This document shows positions 43,001 through 58,000 of a stretch of DNA of 64,000 nt, piece after piece. The stretch is from Isurus oxyrinchus (lineage: Eukaryota), in the NCBI GenBank assembly GCA_026770705.1, contig JANJGN010000010.1, positions 89,342,001 to 89,406,000 on the forward strand. Reading direction: 5' to 3'. Numbering within the stretch: the first letter of the stretch is position 1; each line of letters opens with the position of its first letter. A program made the position numbers and the translations under genes. The notes below the pieces were generated by a model. That model had not been told where the DNA came from. It searched no databases and saw nothing but the letters and a program-made list of their open reading frames with translations.

Positions 43001-46000
43001 GTCTAACTCTCCTCATTCCAGAATGTTAAATGATATTGCAATTGTTTGTGTTTGGCTTAAAAATGTGGACTGAACAATGTTGATACATGTTAAATGGGTT
43101 TCTAAAGAGCGAATTGGGGGCTGTAGAAAGAGTCCATTTGAGCAAAACACAAAAGTGAGCAAAACAGGAATTTGGGGACAGTGTGAAAATTATGCCATTC
43201 GTTCAACGAATATAATATCTCTGACTGAACGAACAATCATATGGACATATTCAGTGCAGAACAATACACTGATAACTGATTGACATAAGGAAGCCGTCAA
43301 AAGTGCTGATCATTAGAAAGTTGCCCAACTTGTATGGACTTTCCAAACAGGCGAGACTTTTTTCTGGAAATGCAGAATGAGAGTAAGAACATTAAAGCTT
43401 GGACCTCACTCGATGTCTCTCCATTGACACCATGTTGTTTTCCTCAAGTCCAGGGGGACATAGAGCAACAAGTAGAGCACAGCAACTTGTGTGGACATTT
43501 AGTATCTTTAATCTTTGGTGTGTGAATGTGAATTTGAAATCTGGAATCATTATTTCAGATGTGCAGAGCATGAAGATGTCCACTTCTCCAAGGGCTGATT
43601 CTCTCGGTTGAAAAATAATGGAGACGTCAAATCACATTTTGAATGGGACAGATGACAGATTTCAATACAAATAATCCTGGGAACAGATGCCTAATTATTC
43701 AGAAGAACATCCACTTTGTGTCCAAGAATGTGAAGGAGAGGTCTGGAACTTCACATCAACAAACTGTCTCAATTATTGCATAATATCATGCTTGATAATA
43801 GATATGATTGACAGTATCCTCTTGTGGCAAATGTTTGTGTCAGATATTTAATAACTGATACACTTACCGGGTGATAATATTTGTCCATTGGCTGTACAGG
43901 AGCATGTTGTTGTTTCTGTAGTAGTGGGAGTCACTGTTACTGTTGTTGTAGATTCGAGTGATGTGGTGGGCGTTGTGGTGGTTTCACATTTTCCCGTGAA
44001 GTTCAAAATTTCACAACTCTTAATACATAGAGTGAAATTACAGAGGCCGGATTTACCTGCAGAACTCACTATAGCCTGCCCTGGAAGACAAATGTCAGGA
44101 GAAGGTTTCAGTCATCTCATACCATTCTTCACTCAGATAACATGTTTACCTCTAGAAAAATGTATAGAACTGACCAGTCTGGCGTTAAGACAATTAAATG
44201 CTAAGTATAAGGCTAAATTTTTACAATGAAAGAAGATTCCAAAGTTAAACCATCAACATCAGCAGCTAAATATTTCCTCAGCTCTGATCGCACGTATAAA
44301 CCTCCTCGTTTGGAAAGTTAAATTTTTCTGCTGCTGTTGTGTTTGGTTTACAAAATGGGACAGAACAATGTTGAAACAGGTTAACTGGGTTTGTAAAAGA
44401 GCAAATTGGATGCTGTAGAACGAGTCTACTGGTTGAAAATACTAAATTGAGCAAATCAGAAATTTGGGGACAGTGTTAAACTTTTTCCATCCGTACAACC
44501 AATATAATGTCTCTGCCTGAACGAACAATCATACGGACATATTCAGTGCAGCACAAAACTCTGATAACTGACTGACTAAATGAAGCAGTCAAAAGTGCTG
44601 AGCATTAGAAAGTTGCCCAATTTGTACGGACTTTCCAAACAGGCGAGACTTTTGCTGCAAATGCAGAATGAGAGTACGAACATTAAAGCTTGGATCTCGC
44701 TCGGTGATTCTCCATTGACAAAATGTTGCATTCCTCATTTCAGTGGGACACAGGGCAAACAAGTAGAGCACAGCAACCTGTGCGGAAACATTTAGTATCT
44801 TTAACCATTGTTGTGTGAATGTGAGTGTGTAATCTGGAATCATTATTTCAGATGTGCAGAGCATGAAGATATCCCTTTCTCCAAGGCAGGCGTCTCTCGG
44901 TTGAAAACTTATGGAGATGTCAAATCACATTTTGAATACGACAGATGACAGATTTCAATACAAATAATCCTGGGAACAGATGCCTAATTATTCAGAAGAA
45001 CATCCACTTTGTGTCCAAGAATATGAAGGAGAGGTCTGGAACTTCACATCAACAAACTGTGTCAATTATTGCATACACTCATGCTGGTTATTAGACATGA
45101 TTGGCAGTAGTGTCTTGTGGCAAACGATTGTGCCAGATATTCAATAACTTATACACTTACCGGGTGATAATATTTGTCCACTGGCTGTACAGGAGCATGT
45201 TGTTGTTTCTGTAGTAGTGGGAGTCACTGTTACTGTTGTTGTAGATTCTAGTGTAGTGCTGGGCGCTGTGGTGGTTTCACATTTTCCCGTGTACTTCAAA
45301 ATTTCACAACTCTTAGTACATAGAGTGAAATTACAGAGCCCAGATTTACCTGCAGAACTGACTATAGCCTGGCCTGGAAGACAAAAGTCAGGAAAAGGTT
45401 TCAGGCATCCCCTTCCATTGATCCTTCTAATATTACGCTTACCAACAAAAATCAATATATAGCTGACAGAGCCTCATATTTTGACATTTAAGAGCTAACA
45501 CCAACGCTGAAAGTTTAGAATAAAAGAAGATTCCACCTCTAGGTGAAATTCATGGGTCTGGAAAATATGACGGCCAATATTAGAAGCTAAATACTTCATG
45601 CACCCCGATTACAGGTCTAACTCTCCTCATTCCAGAATGTTAAATGATATTGCAATTGTTTGTGTTTGGTTTAAAAATGTGGACTGAACAATGTTGATAC
45701 ATGTTAAATGGGTTTCTAAAGAGCGAATTGGGGGCTGCAGAGAGCTTCTGTTTGAGCAAAACACAAAAGTGAGCGAAACAGAGAAATTTGGGGACAGTGT
45801 GAAAATTATGCCATTCGTTCAACGAATATAATATCTCTGACTGAACGAACAATCATATGGACATATTCAGTGCAGAACAATACACTGATAACTGATTGAC
45901 TAAATGAAGCAGTCAAAAGTGCTGATCATTAGAAAGTTGCCCAATTTGTACGGACTTTCCAAACAGGCGAGACTTTTTTCTGGAAATGCAGAATGAGAGT

Positions 46001-49000
46001 AAGAACATTAAAGCTTGGACCTCACTCGGTGTCTCTCCATTGACACCATGTTGTTTTCCTCAAGTCCAGGGGGACACAGAGCAACAAGTAGAGCACAGCA
46101 ACTTGTGTGGACATTTAGTATCTTTAATCTTTGGTGTGTGAATGTGATTTTGAAATCTGGAATCATTATTTCAGATGTGCAAAGCAGGAAGACGTCCACT
46201 TCTCCAAGGGCTGATTCTCTCGGTTGAAAAATAATGGAGACGTCAAATCACATTTTGAATGGGACAGATGACAAATTTCAATACAAATAATCCTGGGAAC
46301 AGATGCCTAATTATTCAGAAGAACATCCACTTTGTGTCCAAAAATGTGAAGGAGAGGTCTGGAACTTCACATCAACAAACTGTGTCAATTATTGCATACA
46401 CTCATGCTGGTTATTAGACATGATTGGCAGTAGTGTCTTGTGGCAAACGATTGTGCCAGATATTCAATAACTTATACACTTACCGGATGATAATATTTGT
46501 CCATTGGCTGTACAGGAGCATGTTGTTGTTTCTGTAGTAGTGGGAGTCACTGTTACTGTTGTTGTAGATTCTAGTGTAGTGCTGGGCGCTGTGGTGGTTT
46601 CACATTTTCCCGTGTACTTCAAAATTTCACAACTCTTAGTACATAGAGTGAAATTACAGAGGCCAGATTCACCTGCAGAACTGACTATAGCCTGGCCTGG
46701 AAGACAAAAGTCAGGAAAAGGTTTCAGCCATCTCCTTCCATTCATCACTCTGAGATTACTCTTACCAACAAAATTAAACATATAGCTGACAGAGCCTCAT
46801 ATTTTGACATTTAAGAGCTGAGACCAACGCTGAATGTTTAGGACGAAAGAAGATTCCACCTCAAGGTTATAGGCATGGACGTGGAAAATATGACGGCCAA
46901 TATTAGAAGCTAAATATTTCATGAGCTCCAATTGCAGGTCTAACAATCCTCTTTCCAGAATGTTAAATGATATTGCAATTGTTTGTGTTTGGTTTACAAA
47001 TGTGGACTGAACAATGTTGATACACCTTAAATGGGTTTCTAAAGAGTAAATTGGGGGCTGTAGAAAGAGTCCGTTTGAGCAAAACACAAAAGTGAGCAAA
47101 ACAGAGGAATTTGGGGACAGTGCGAAACTTGTGCCAACCGTACAACTGATATTATGTCTCTGCCTGAATGAACAATCATTTGGACATATTCAGTGCAGCA
47201 CAAAACACTGATAACTGATTGACTTAAGGAAGCAATCAATAGCGCTGAGCGTTAGAAAATTGCCCAATTTGTGCAAACATTCCGAACAGGCGAGACATTT
47301 GCTGGAAATGCCGAATGAGAGTGCGACCTTTACTGATTGGACCTCACTTGGCGTCTCTCCCTTGACACAATGTTGATTTTCAAAATCCAGTGGGACACAG
47401 GGCAACAAGTAGAGCACAGCAACCTTTGTTGGAAACATTTAGTATCTTTAACCTTTGGTGTGTGAATGTGAATGTGAAATCTGGAATCATTGGTTCAGAT
47501 GTGCAGAGCATGAAGATGTCCATTTCTCCAAGGGCTGATTCTCTCGGTTGAATATTTATGGAGACGTCAAATCACATTTTGAATGAGACGGATGACAAAT
47601 TTCAATACAAATAATCCTGGGAACGGATGCCTAATTATTCACTAGAACATCGAATTTGTATCCAACAACATGAAGCAGAGGTCTGGATCTTCACATCAAC
47701 AAACTGTGTCAATTATTGCATACAATCATGCTGGATATTAGACATGATTGACTGTATTCTCTTGTGGCAAATGATTCTGTCAGATATTTAATAATTGATA
47801 CACTTACCGGGTGATAATATTTGTCCATTGGCTGTACAGGAGCATGTTGTTGTTTCTGTAGTAGTGGGAGTCACTGTTACTGTTGTTGTAGATTCTAGTG
47901 TAGTGCTGGGCGCTGTGGTGGTTTCACATTTTCCCGTGTACTTCAAAATTTCACAACTCTTAGTACATAGAGTGAAATTACAGAGGCCGGATTTACCTGC
48001 AGAACTTACTATAGCCTGGCCTGGAAGACAAAAGTCAGGAAAAGGTTTCAGGCATCTCCTTCCATTCATCCTTCGAATGTTACGCTTAGCAACAAAAATC
48101 ACTACATAGCTGACAGAGCCTCATATTTTGACATTTAAGAGCTAGGACCAACGCTGAAAGTTTAGAGCGAAAGAAGATTCCACCTCAAGGTGAAAGTCAT
48201 GGATGTGGAAAATATAACGGCCAATATTAGAAGCTAAGTACTTCATGCACCCCGATTACAGGTCTAACTCTCCTCATTCCAGAATGTTAAATGATATTGC
48301 AATTGTTTGTGTTTGGCTTAAAAATGTGGACTGAACAATATTGATACATGTTAAATGGGTTTCTAAAGAGCAAATTGGGGGCTGTAGAAAGAGTCCATTT
48401 GAGCAAAACACAAAAGTGAGCAAAACAGAGGAATTTGGGGACAGTGTGAAAATTATGCCATTCGTTCAACGAATATAATATCTCTGACTGAACGAACAAT
48501 CATATGGACATATTCAGTGCAGAACAATACACTGATAACTGATTGACATAAGGAAGCAGTCAAAAGTGCTGATCATTAGAAAGTTGCCCAACTTGTATGG
48601 ACTTTCCAAACAGGCGAGACTTTTTTCTGGAAATGCAGAATGAGAGTAAGAACATTAAAGCTTGGACCTCACTCGATGTCTCTCCATTGACACCATGTTG
48701 TTTTCCTGAAGTCCAGGGGGACATAGAGCAACAAGTAGAGCACAGCAACTTGTGTGGACATTTAGTATCTTTAATCTTTGGTGTGTGAATGTGAATTTGA
48801 AATCTGGAATCATTATTTCAGATGTGCAGAGCATGAAGATGTCCACTTCTCCAAGGGCTGATTCTCTCGGTTGAAAAATAATGGAGACGTCAAATCACAT
48901 TTTGAATGGGACAGATGACAGATTTCAATACAAATAATCCTGGGAACAGATGCCTAATTATTCAGAAGAACATCCACTTTGTGTCCAAGAATGTGAAGGA

Positions 49001-52000
49001 GAGGTCTGGAACTTCACATCAACAAACTGTCTCAATTATTGCATACACTCATGCTGGTTATTAGACATGATTGGCAGTAGTGTCTTGTGGCAAACGATTG
49101 TGCCAGATATTCAATAACTTAGACACTTACCGGGTGATAATATTTGTCCATTGGCTGTACAGGAGCATGTTGTTGTTTCTGTAGTAGTGGGAGTCACTGT
49201 TACTGTTGTTGTAGATTCTAGTGTAGTGCTGGGCGCTGTGGTGGTTTCACATTTTCCCGTGTACTTCAAAATTTCACAACTCTTAGTACATAGAGTGAAA
49301 CTACAGAGGCCAGATTCACCTGCAGAACTGACTATAGCCTGGCCTGGAAGACAAAAGTCAGGAAAAGGTTTCAGCCATCTCCTTCCATTCATCACTCTGA
49401 GATTACTCTTACCAACAAAATTAAACATATAGCTGACAGAGCCTCATATTTTGACATTTAAGAGCTGAGACCAACGCTGAATGTTTAGGACGAAAGAAGA
49501 TTCCACCTCAAGGTTATAGGCATGGACGTGGAAAATATGACGGCCAATATTAGAAGCTAAATATTTCATGAGCTCCAATTGCAGGTCTAACAATCCTCTT
49601 TCCAGAATGTTAAATGATATTGCAATTGTTTGTGTTTGGTTTACAAATGTGGACTGAACAATGTTGATACCCCTTAAATGGGTTTCTAAAGAGTAAATTG
49701 GGGGCTGTAGAAAGAGTCCGTTTGAGCAAAACACAAAAGTGAGCAAAACAGAGGAATTTGGGGACAGTGCGAAACTTGTGCCAACCGTACAACTGATATT
49801 ATGTCTCTGCCTGAATGAACAATCATTTGGACATATTCAGTGCAGCACAAAACACTGATAACTGATTGACTTAAGGAAGCAATCAATAGCGCTGAGCGTT
49901 AGAAAATTGCCCAATTTGTGCAAACATTCCGAACAGCCGAGACATTTGCTGGAAATGCCGAATGAGAGTGCGACCTTTACTGATTGGACCTCACTTGGCG
50001 TCTCTCCCTTGACACAATGTTGATTTTCAAAATCCAGTGGGACACAGGGCAACAAGTAGAGCACAGCAACCTGTGTTGGAAACATTTAGTATCTTTAACC
50101 TTTGGTGTGTGAATGTGAATGTGAAATCTGGAATCATTGGTTCAGATGTGCAGAGCATGAAGATGTCCATTTCTCCAAGGGCTGATTCTCTCGGTTGAAT
50201 ATTTATGGAGACGTCAAATCACATTTTGAATGAGACGGATGACAAATTTCAACACAAATAATCCTGGGAACGGATGCCTAATTATTCACTAGAACATCGA
50301 ATTTGTATTTGTATCCAACAACATGAAGCAGAGGTCTGGATCTTCACATCAACAAACTGTGTCAATTATTGCATACAATCATGCTGGATATTAGACATGA
50401 TTGACTGTATTCTCTTGTGGCAAATGATTCTGTCAGATATTTAATAATTGATACACTTACCGGGTGATAATATTTGTCCATTGGCTGTACAGGAGCATGT
50501 TGTTGTTTCTGTAGTAGTGGGAGTCACTGTTACTGTTGTTGTAGATTCTAGTGTAGTGCTGGGCGCTGTGGTGGTTTCACATTTTCCCGTGTACTTCAAA
50601 ATTTCACAACTCTTAGTACATAGAGTGAAATTACAGAGGCCGGATTTACCTGCAGAACTTACTATAGCCTGGCCTGGAAGACAAAAGTCAGGAAAAGGTT
50701 TCAGGCATCTCCTTCCATTCATCCTTCGAATGTTACGCTTAGCAACAAAAATCACTACATAGCTGACAGAGCCTCATATTTTGACATTTAAGAGCTAGGA
50801 CCAACGCTGAAAGTTTAGAGCGAAAGAAGATTCCACCTCAAGGTGAAAGTCATGGATGTGGAAAATATAACGGCCAATATTAGAAGCTAAGTACTTCATG
50901 CGCCCCAATTACAGGTCTAACTCTCCTCATTCCAGAATGTTAAATGATATTGCAATTGTTTGTGTTTGGTTTAAAAATGTGGACTGAACAATGTTGATAC
51001 ATGTTAAATGGGTTTCTAAAGAGCAAATTGGGGGCTGTAGAAAGAGTCCATTTGAGCAAAACACAAAAGTGAGCAAAACAGAGGAATTTGGGGAAAGTGT
51101 GAAAATTATGCCATTCGTTCAACGAATATAATATCTCTGACTGAACGAACAATCATATGGACATATTCAGTGCAGAACAATACACTGATAACTGATTGAC
51201 ATAAGGAAGCAGTCAAAAGTGCTGATCATTAGAAAGTTGCCCAACTTGTATGGACTTTCCAAACAGGCGAGACTTTTTTCTGGAAATGCAGAATGAGAGT
51301 AAGAACATTAAAGCTTGGACCTCACTCGGTGTCTCTCCATTGACACCATGTTGTTTTCCTCAAGTCCAGGGGGACATAGAGCAACAAGTAGAGCACAGCA
51401 ACTTGTGTGGACATTTAGTATCTTTAATCTTTGGTGTGTGAATGTGAATTTGAAATCTGGAATCATTATTTCAGATGTGCAGAGCATGAAGATGTCCACT
51501 TCTCCAAGGGCTGATTCTCTCGGTTGAAAAATAATGGAGACGTCAAATCACATTTTGAATGGGACAGATGACAGATTTCAATACAAATAATCCTGGGAAC
51601 AGATGGCTAATTATTCAGAAGAACATCCACTTTGTGTCCAAGAATGTGAAGGAGAGGTCTGGAACTTCACATCAACAAACTGTCTCAATTATTGCATAAT
51701 ATCATGCTTGATAATAGATATGATTGACAGTATCCTCTTGTGGCAAATGTTTGTGTCAGATATTTAATAACTGATACACTTACCGGGTGATAATATTTGT
51801 CCATTGGCTGTACAGGAGCATGTTGTTGTTTCTGTAGTAGTGGGAGTCACTGTTACTGTTGTTGTAGATTCGAGTGATGTGGTGGGCGTTGTGGTGGTTT
51901 CACATTTTCCCGTGAACTTCAAAATTTCACAACTCTTAATACATAGAGTGAAATTACAGAGGCCGGATTTACCTGCAGAACTCACTATAGCCTGCCCTGG

Positions 52001-55000
52001 AAGACAAATGTCAGGAGAAGGTTTCAGTCATCTCATACCATTCTTCACTCAGATAACATGTTTACCTCTAGAAAAATGTATAGAACTGACCAGTCAGGCG
52101 TTAAGACAATTAAATGCTAAGTACAAGGCTAAATTTTTACAATGAAAGAAGATTCCAAAGTTAAACCATCAACATCAGCAGCTAAATATTTCCTCAGCTC
52201 TGATCGCACGTATAAACCTCCTCGTTTGGAAAGTTAAATTTTTCTGCTGCTGTTGTGTTTGGTTTACAAAATGGGACAGAACAATGTTGAAACAGGTTAA
52301 CTGGGTTTGTAAAGAGCAAATTGGATGCTGTAGAACGAGTCTACTGGTTGAAAATACTAAATTGAGCAAATCAGAAATTTGGGGACAGTGTTAAACTTTT
52401 TCCATCCGTACAACCAATATAATGTCTCTGCCTGAACGAACAATCATACGGACATATTCAGTGCAGCACAAAACTCTGATAACTGACTGACTAAATGAAG
52501 CAGTCAAAAGTGCTGAGCATTAGAAAGTTGCCCAATTTGTACGGACTTTCCAAACAGGCGAGATTTTTGCTGCAAATGCAGAATGAGAGTACGAACATTA
52601 AAGCTTGGACCTCGCTCGGTGATTCTCCATTGACACAATGTTGCTTTCCTCATTTCAGTGGGACACAGGGCAACAAGTAGAGCACAGCAACCTGTGCGGA
52701 AACATTTAGTATCTTTAACCATTGTTGTGTGAATGTGAGTGTGTAATCTGGAATCATTATTTCAGATGTGCAGAGCATGAAGATATCCCTTTCTCCAAGG
52801 CAGGCGTCTCTCGGTTGAAAACTTATGGAGATGTCAAATCACATTTTGAATACGACAGATGACAGATTTCAATACAAATAATCCTGGGAACAGATGCCTA
52901 ATTATTCAGAAGAACATCCACTTTGTGTCCAAGAATATGAAGGAGAGGTCTGGAACTTCACATCAACAAACTGTGTCAATTATTGCATACACTCATGCTG
53001 GATATTAGACATGAATGGCAGTAGTGTCTTGTGGCAAACGATTGTGCCAGATATTCAATAACTTATACACTTACCGGGTGATAATATTTGTCCACTGGCT
53101 GTACAGGAGCATGTTGTTGTTTCTGTAGTAGTGGGAGTCACTGTTACTGTTGTTGTAGATTCTAGTGTAGTGCTGGGCGCTGTGGTGGTTTCACATTTTC
53201 CCGTGTACTTCAAAATTTCACAACTCTTAGTACATAGAGTGAAATTACAGAGCCCAGATTTACCTGCAGAACTGACTATAGCCTGACCTGGAAGACAAAA
53301 GTCAGGAAAAGGTTTCAGGCATCCCCTTCCATTGATCCTTCTAATATTACGCTTACCAACAAAAATCAATATATAGCTGACAGAGCCTCATATTTTGACA
53401 TTTAAGAGCTAACACCAACGCTGAAAGTTTAGAATAAAAGAAGATTCCACCTCTAGGTGAAATTCATGGGTCTGGAAAATATGACGGCCAATATTAGAAG
53501 CTAAATACTTCATGCACCCCGATTACAGGTCTAACTCTCCTCATTCCAGAATGTTAAATGATATTGCAATTGTTTGTGTTTGGTTTAAAAATGTGGACTG
53601 AACAATGTTGATACATGTTAAATGGGTTTCTAAAGAGCGAATTGGGGGCTGCAGAGAGCTTCTGTTTGAGCAAAACACAAAAGTGAGCGAAACAGAGAAA
53701 TTTGGGGACAGTGTGAAAATTATGCCATTCGTTCAACGAATATAATATCTCTGACTGAACGAACAATCATATGGACATATTCAGTGCAGAACAATACACT
53801 GATAACTGATTGACATAAGGAAGCAGTCAAAAGTGCTGATCATTAGAAAGTTGCCCAACTTGTATGGACTTTCCAAACAGGCGAGACTTTTTTCTGGAAA
53901 TGCAGAATGAGAGTAAGAACATTAAAGCTTGGACCTCACTCGATGTCTCTCCATTGACACCATGTTGTTTTCCTCAAGTCCAGGGGGACATAGAGCAACA
54001 AGTAGAGCACAGCAACTTGTGTGGACATTTAGTATCTTTAATCTTTGGTGTGTGAATGTGAATTTGAAATCTGGAATCATTATTTCAGATGTGCAGAGCA
54101 TGAAGATGTTCACTTCTCCAAGGGCTGATTCTCTCGGTTGAAAAATAATGGAGACGTCAAATCACATTTTGAATGGGACAGATGACAGATTTCAATACAA
54201 ATAATCCTGGGAACAGATGCCTAATTATTCAGAAGAACATCCACTTTGTGTCCAAGAATGTGAAGGAGAGGTCTGGAACTTCACATCAACAAACTGTCTC
54301 AATTATTGCATAATATCATGCTTGATAATAGATATGATTGACAGTATCCTCTTGTGGCAAATGTTTGTGTCAGATATTTAATAACTGATACACTTACCGG
54401 GTGATAATATTTGTCCATTGGCTGTACAGGAGCATGTTGTTGTTTCTGTAGTAGTGGGAGTCACTGTTACTGTTGTTGTAGATTCGAGTGATGTGGTGGG
54501 CGTTGTGGTGGTTTCACATTTTCCCGTGAAGTTCAAAATTTCACAACTCTTAATACATAGAGTGAAATTACAGAGGCCGGATTTACCTGCAGAACTCACT
54601 ATAGCCTGCCCTGGAAGACAAATGTCAGGAGAAGGTTTCAGTCATCTCATACCATTCTTCACTCAGATAACATGTTTACCTCTAGAAAAATGTATAGAAC
54701 TGACCAGTCTGGCGTTAAGACAATTAAATGCTAAGTATAAGGCTAAATTTTTACAATGAAAGAAGATTCCAAAGTTAAACCATCAACATCAGCAGCTAAA
54801 TATTTCCTCAGCTCTGATCGCACGTATAAACCTCCTCGTTTGGAAAGTTAAATTTTTCTGCTGCTGTTGTGTTTGGTTTACAAAATGGGACAGAACAATG
54901 TTGAAACAGGTTAACTGGGTTTGTAAAAGAGCAAATTGGATGCTGTAGAACGAGTCTACTGGTTGAAAATACTAAATTGAGCAAATCAGAAATTTGGGGA

Positions 55001-58000
55001 CAGTGTTAAACTTTTTCCATCCGTACAACCAATATAATGTCTCTGCCTGAACGAACAATCATACGGACATATTCAGTGCAGCACAAAACTCTGATAACTG
55101 ACTGACTAAATGAAGCAGTCAAAAGTGCTGAGCATTAGAAAGTTGCCCAATTTGTACGGACTTTCCAAACAGGCGAGACCTTTGCTGCAAATGCAGAATG
55201 AGAGTACGAACATTAAAGCTTGGACCTCGCTCGGTGATTCTCCATTGACACAATGTTGCATTCCTCATTTCAGTGGGACACAGGGCAACAAGTAGAGCAC
55301 AGCAACCTGTGCGGAAACATTTAGTATCTTTAACCATTGTTGTGTGAATGTGAGTGTGTAATCTGGAATCATTATTTCAGATGTGCAGAGCATGAAGATA
55401 TCCCTTTCTCCAAGGCAGGCGTCTCTCGGTTGAAAACTTATGGAGATGTCAAATCACATTTTGAATACGACAGATGACAGATTTCAATACAAATAATCCT
55501 GGGAACAGATGCCTAATTATTCAGAAGAACATCCACTTTGTGTCCAAGAATATGAAGGAGAGGTCTGGAACTTCACATCAACAAACTGTGTCAATTATTG
55601 CATACACTCATGCTGGTTATTAGACATGATTGGCAGTAGTGTCTTGTGGCAAACGATTGTGCCAGATATTCAATAACTTATACACTTACCGGGTGATAAT
55701 ATTTGTCCACTGGCTGTACAGGAGCATGTTGTTGTTTCTGTAGTAGTGGGAGTCACTGTTACTGTTGTTGTAGATTCTAGTGTAGTGCTGGGCGCTGTGG
55801 TGGTTTCACATTTTCCCGTGTACTTCAAAATTTCACAACTCTTAGTACATAGAGTGAAATTACAGAGCCCAGATTTACCTGCAGAACTGACTATAGCCTG
55901 GCCTGGAAGACAAAAGTCAGGAAAAGGTTTCAGGCATCCCCTTCCATTGATCCTTCTAATATTACGCTTACCAACAAAAATCAATATATAGCTGACAGAG
56001 CCTCATATTTTGACATTTAAGAGCTAACACCAACGCTGAAAGTTTAGAATAAAAGAAGATTCCACCTCTAGGTGAAATTCATAGGTCTGGAAAATATGAC
56101 GGCCAATATTAGAAGCTAAATACTTCATGCACCCCGATTACAGGTCTAACTCTCCTCATTCCAGAATGTTAAATGATATTGCAATTGTTTGTGTTTGGTT
56201 TAAAAATGTGGACTGAACAATGTTGATACATGTTAAATGGGTTTCTAAAGAGCGAATTGGGGGCTGCAGAGAGCTTCTGTTTGAGCAAAACACAAAAGTG
56301 AGCGAAACAGAGAAATTTGGGGACAGTGTGAAAATTATGCCATTCGTTCAACGAATATAATATCTCTGACTGAACGAACAATCATATGGACATATTCAGT
56401 GCAGAACAATACACTGATAACTGATTGACATAAGGAAGCAGTCAAAAGTGCTGATCATTAGAAAGTTGCCCAACTTGTATGGACTTTCCAAACAGGCGAG
56501 ACTTTTTTCTGGAAATGCAGAATGAGAGTAAGAACATTAAAGCTTGGACCTCACTCGATGTCTCTCCATTGACACCATGTTGTTTTCCTCAAGTCCAGGG
56601 GGACATAGAGCAACAAGTAGAGCACAGCAACTTGTGTGGACATTTAGTATCTTTAATCTTTGGTGTGTGAATGTGAATTTGAAATCTGGAATCATTATTT
56701 CAGATGTGCAGAGCATGAAGATGTTCACTTCTCCAAGGGCTGATTCTCTCGGTTGAAAAATAATGGAGACGTCAAATCACATTTTGAATGGGACAGATGA
56801 CAGATTTCAATACAAATAATCCTGGGAACAGATGCCTAATTATTCAGAAGAACATCCACTTTGTGTCCAAGAATGTGAAGGAGAGGTCTGGAACTTCACA
56901 TCAACAAACTGTCTCAATTATTGCATAATATCATGCTTGATAATAGATATGATTGACAGTATCCTCTTGTGGCAAATGTTTGTGTCAGATATTTAATAAC
57001 TGATACACTTACCGGGTGATAATATTTGTCCATTGGCTGTACAGGAGCATGTTGTTGTTTCTGTAGTAGTGGGAGTCACTGTTACTGTTGTTGTAGATTC
57101 GAGTGATGTGGTGGGCGTTGTGGTGGTTTCACATTTTCCCGTGAAGTTCAAAATTTCACAACTCTTAATACATAGAGTGAAATTACAGAGGCCGGATTTA
57201 CCTGCAGAACTCACTATAGCCTGCCCTGGAAGACAAATGTCAGGAGAAGGTTTCAGTCATCTCATACCATTCTTCACTCAGATAACATGTTTACCTCTAG
57301 AAAAATGTATAGAACTGACCAGTCTGGCGTTAAGACAATTAAATGCTAAGTATAAGGCTAAATTTTTACAATGAAAGAAGATTCCAAAGTTAAACCATCA
57401 ACATCAGCAGCTAAATATTTCCTCAGCTCTGATCGCACGTATAAACCTCCTCGTTTGGAAAGTTAAATTTTTCTGCTGCTGTTGTGTTTGGTTTACAAAA
57501 TGGGACAGAACAATGTTGAAACAGGTTAACTGGGTTTGTAAAAGAGCAAATTGGATGCTGTAGAACGAGTCTACTGGTTGAAAATACTAAATTGAGCAAA
57601 TCAGAAATTTGGGGACAGTGTTAAACTTTTTCCATCCGTACAACCAATATAATGTCTCTGCCTGAACGAACAATCATACGGACATATTCAGTGCAGCACA
57701 AAACTCTGATAACTGACTGACTAAATGAAGCAGTCAAAAGTGCTGAGCATTAGAAAGTTGCCCAATTTGTACGGACTTTCCAAACAGGCGAGACTTTTGC
57801 TGCAAATGCAGAATGAGAGTACGAACATTAAAGCTTGGACCTCGCTCGGTGATTCTCCATTGACACAATGTTGCATTCCTCATTTCAGTGGGACACAGGG
57901 CAACAAGTAGAGCACAGCAACCTGTGCGGAAACATTTAGTATCTTTAACCATTGTTGTGTGAATGTGAGTGTGTAATCTGGAATCATTATTTCAGATGTG

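Larger units (their letters stand above)
25437..46483. repeat. Higher-order block 2: four ABCD tetramers (5261-5263 bp)
   Basis: A-exon starts 25437, 30698, 35960, 41223, 46484, with class-diagnostic exon and intron variants repeating every 4 units. Confidence 0.92.
46484..51783. repeat. Transition block: two AB dimers (2647 and 2653 bp)
   Basis: Exons A 46484, B 47808, A 49131, B 50461, then C 51784. Confidence 0.88.
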
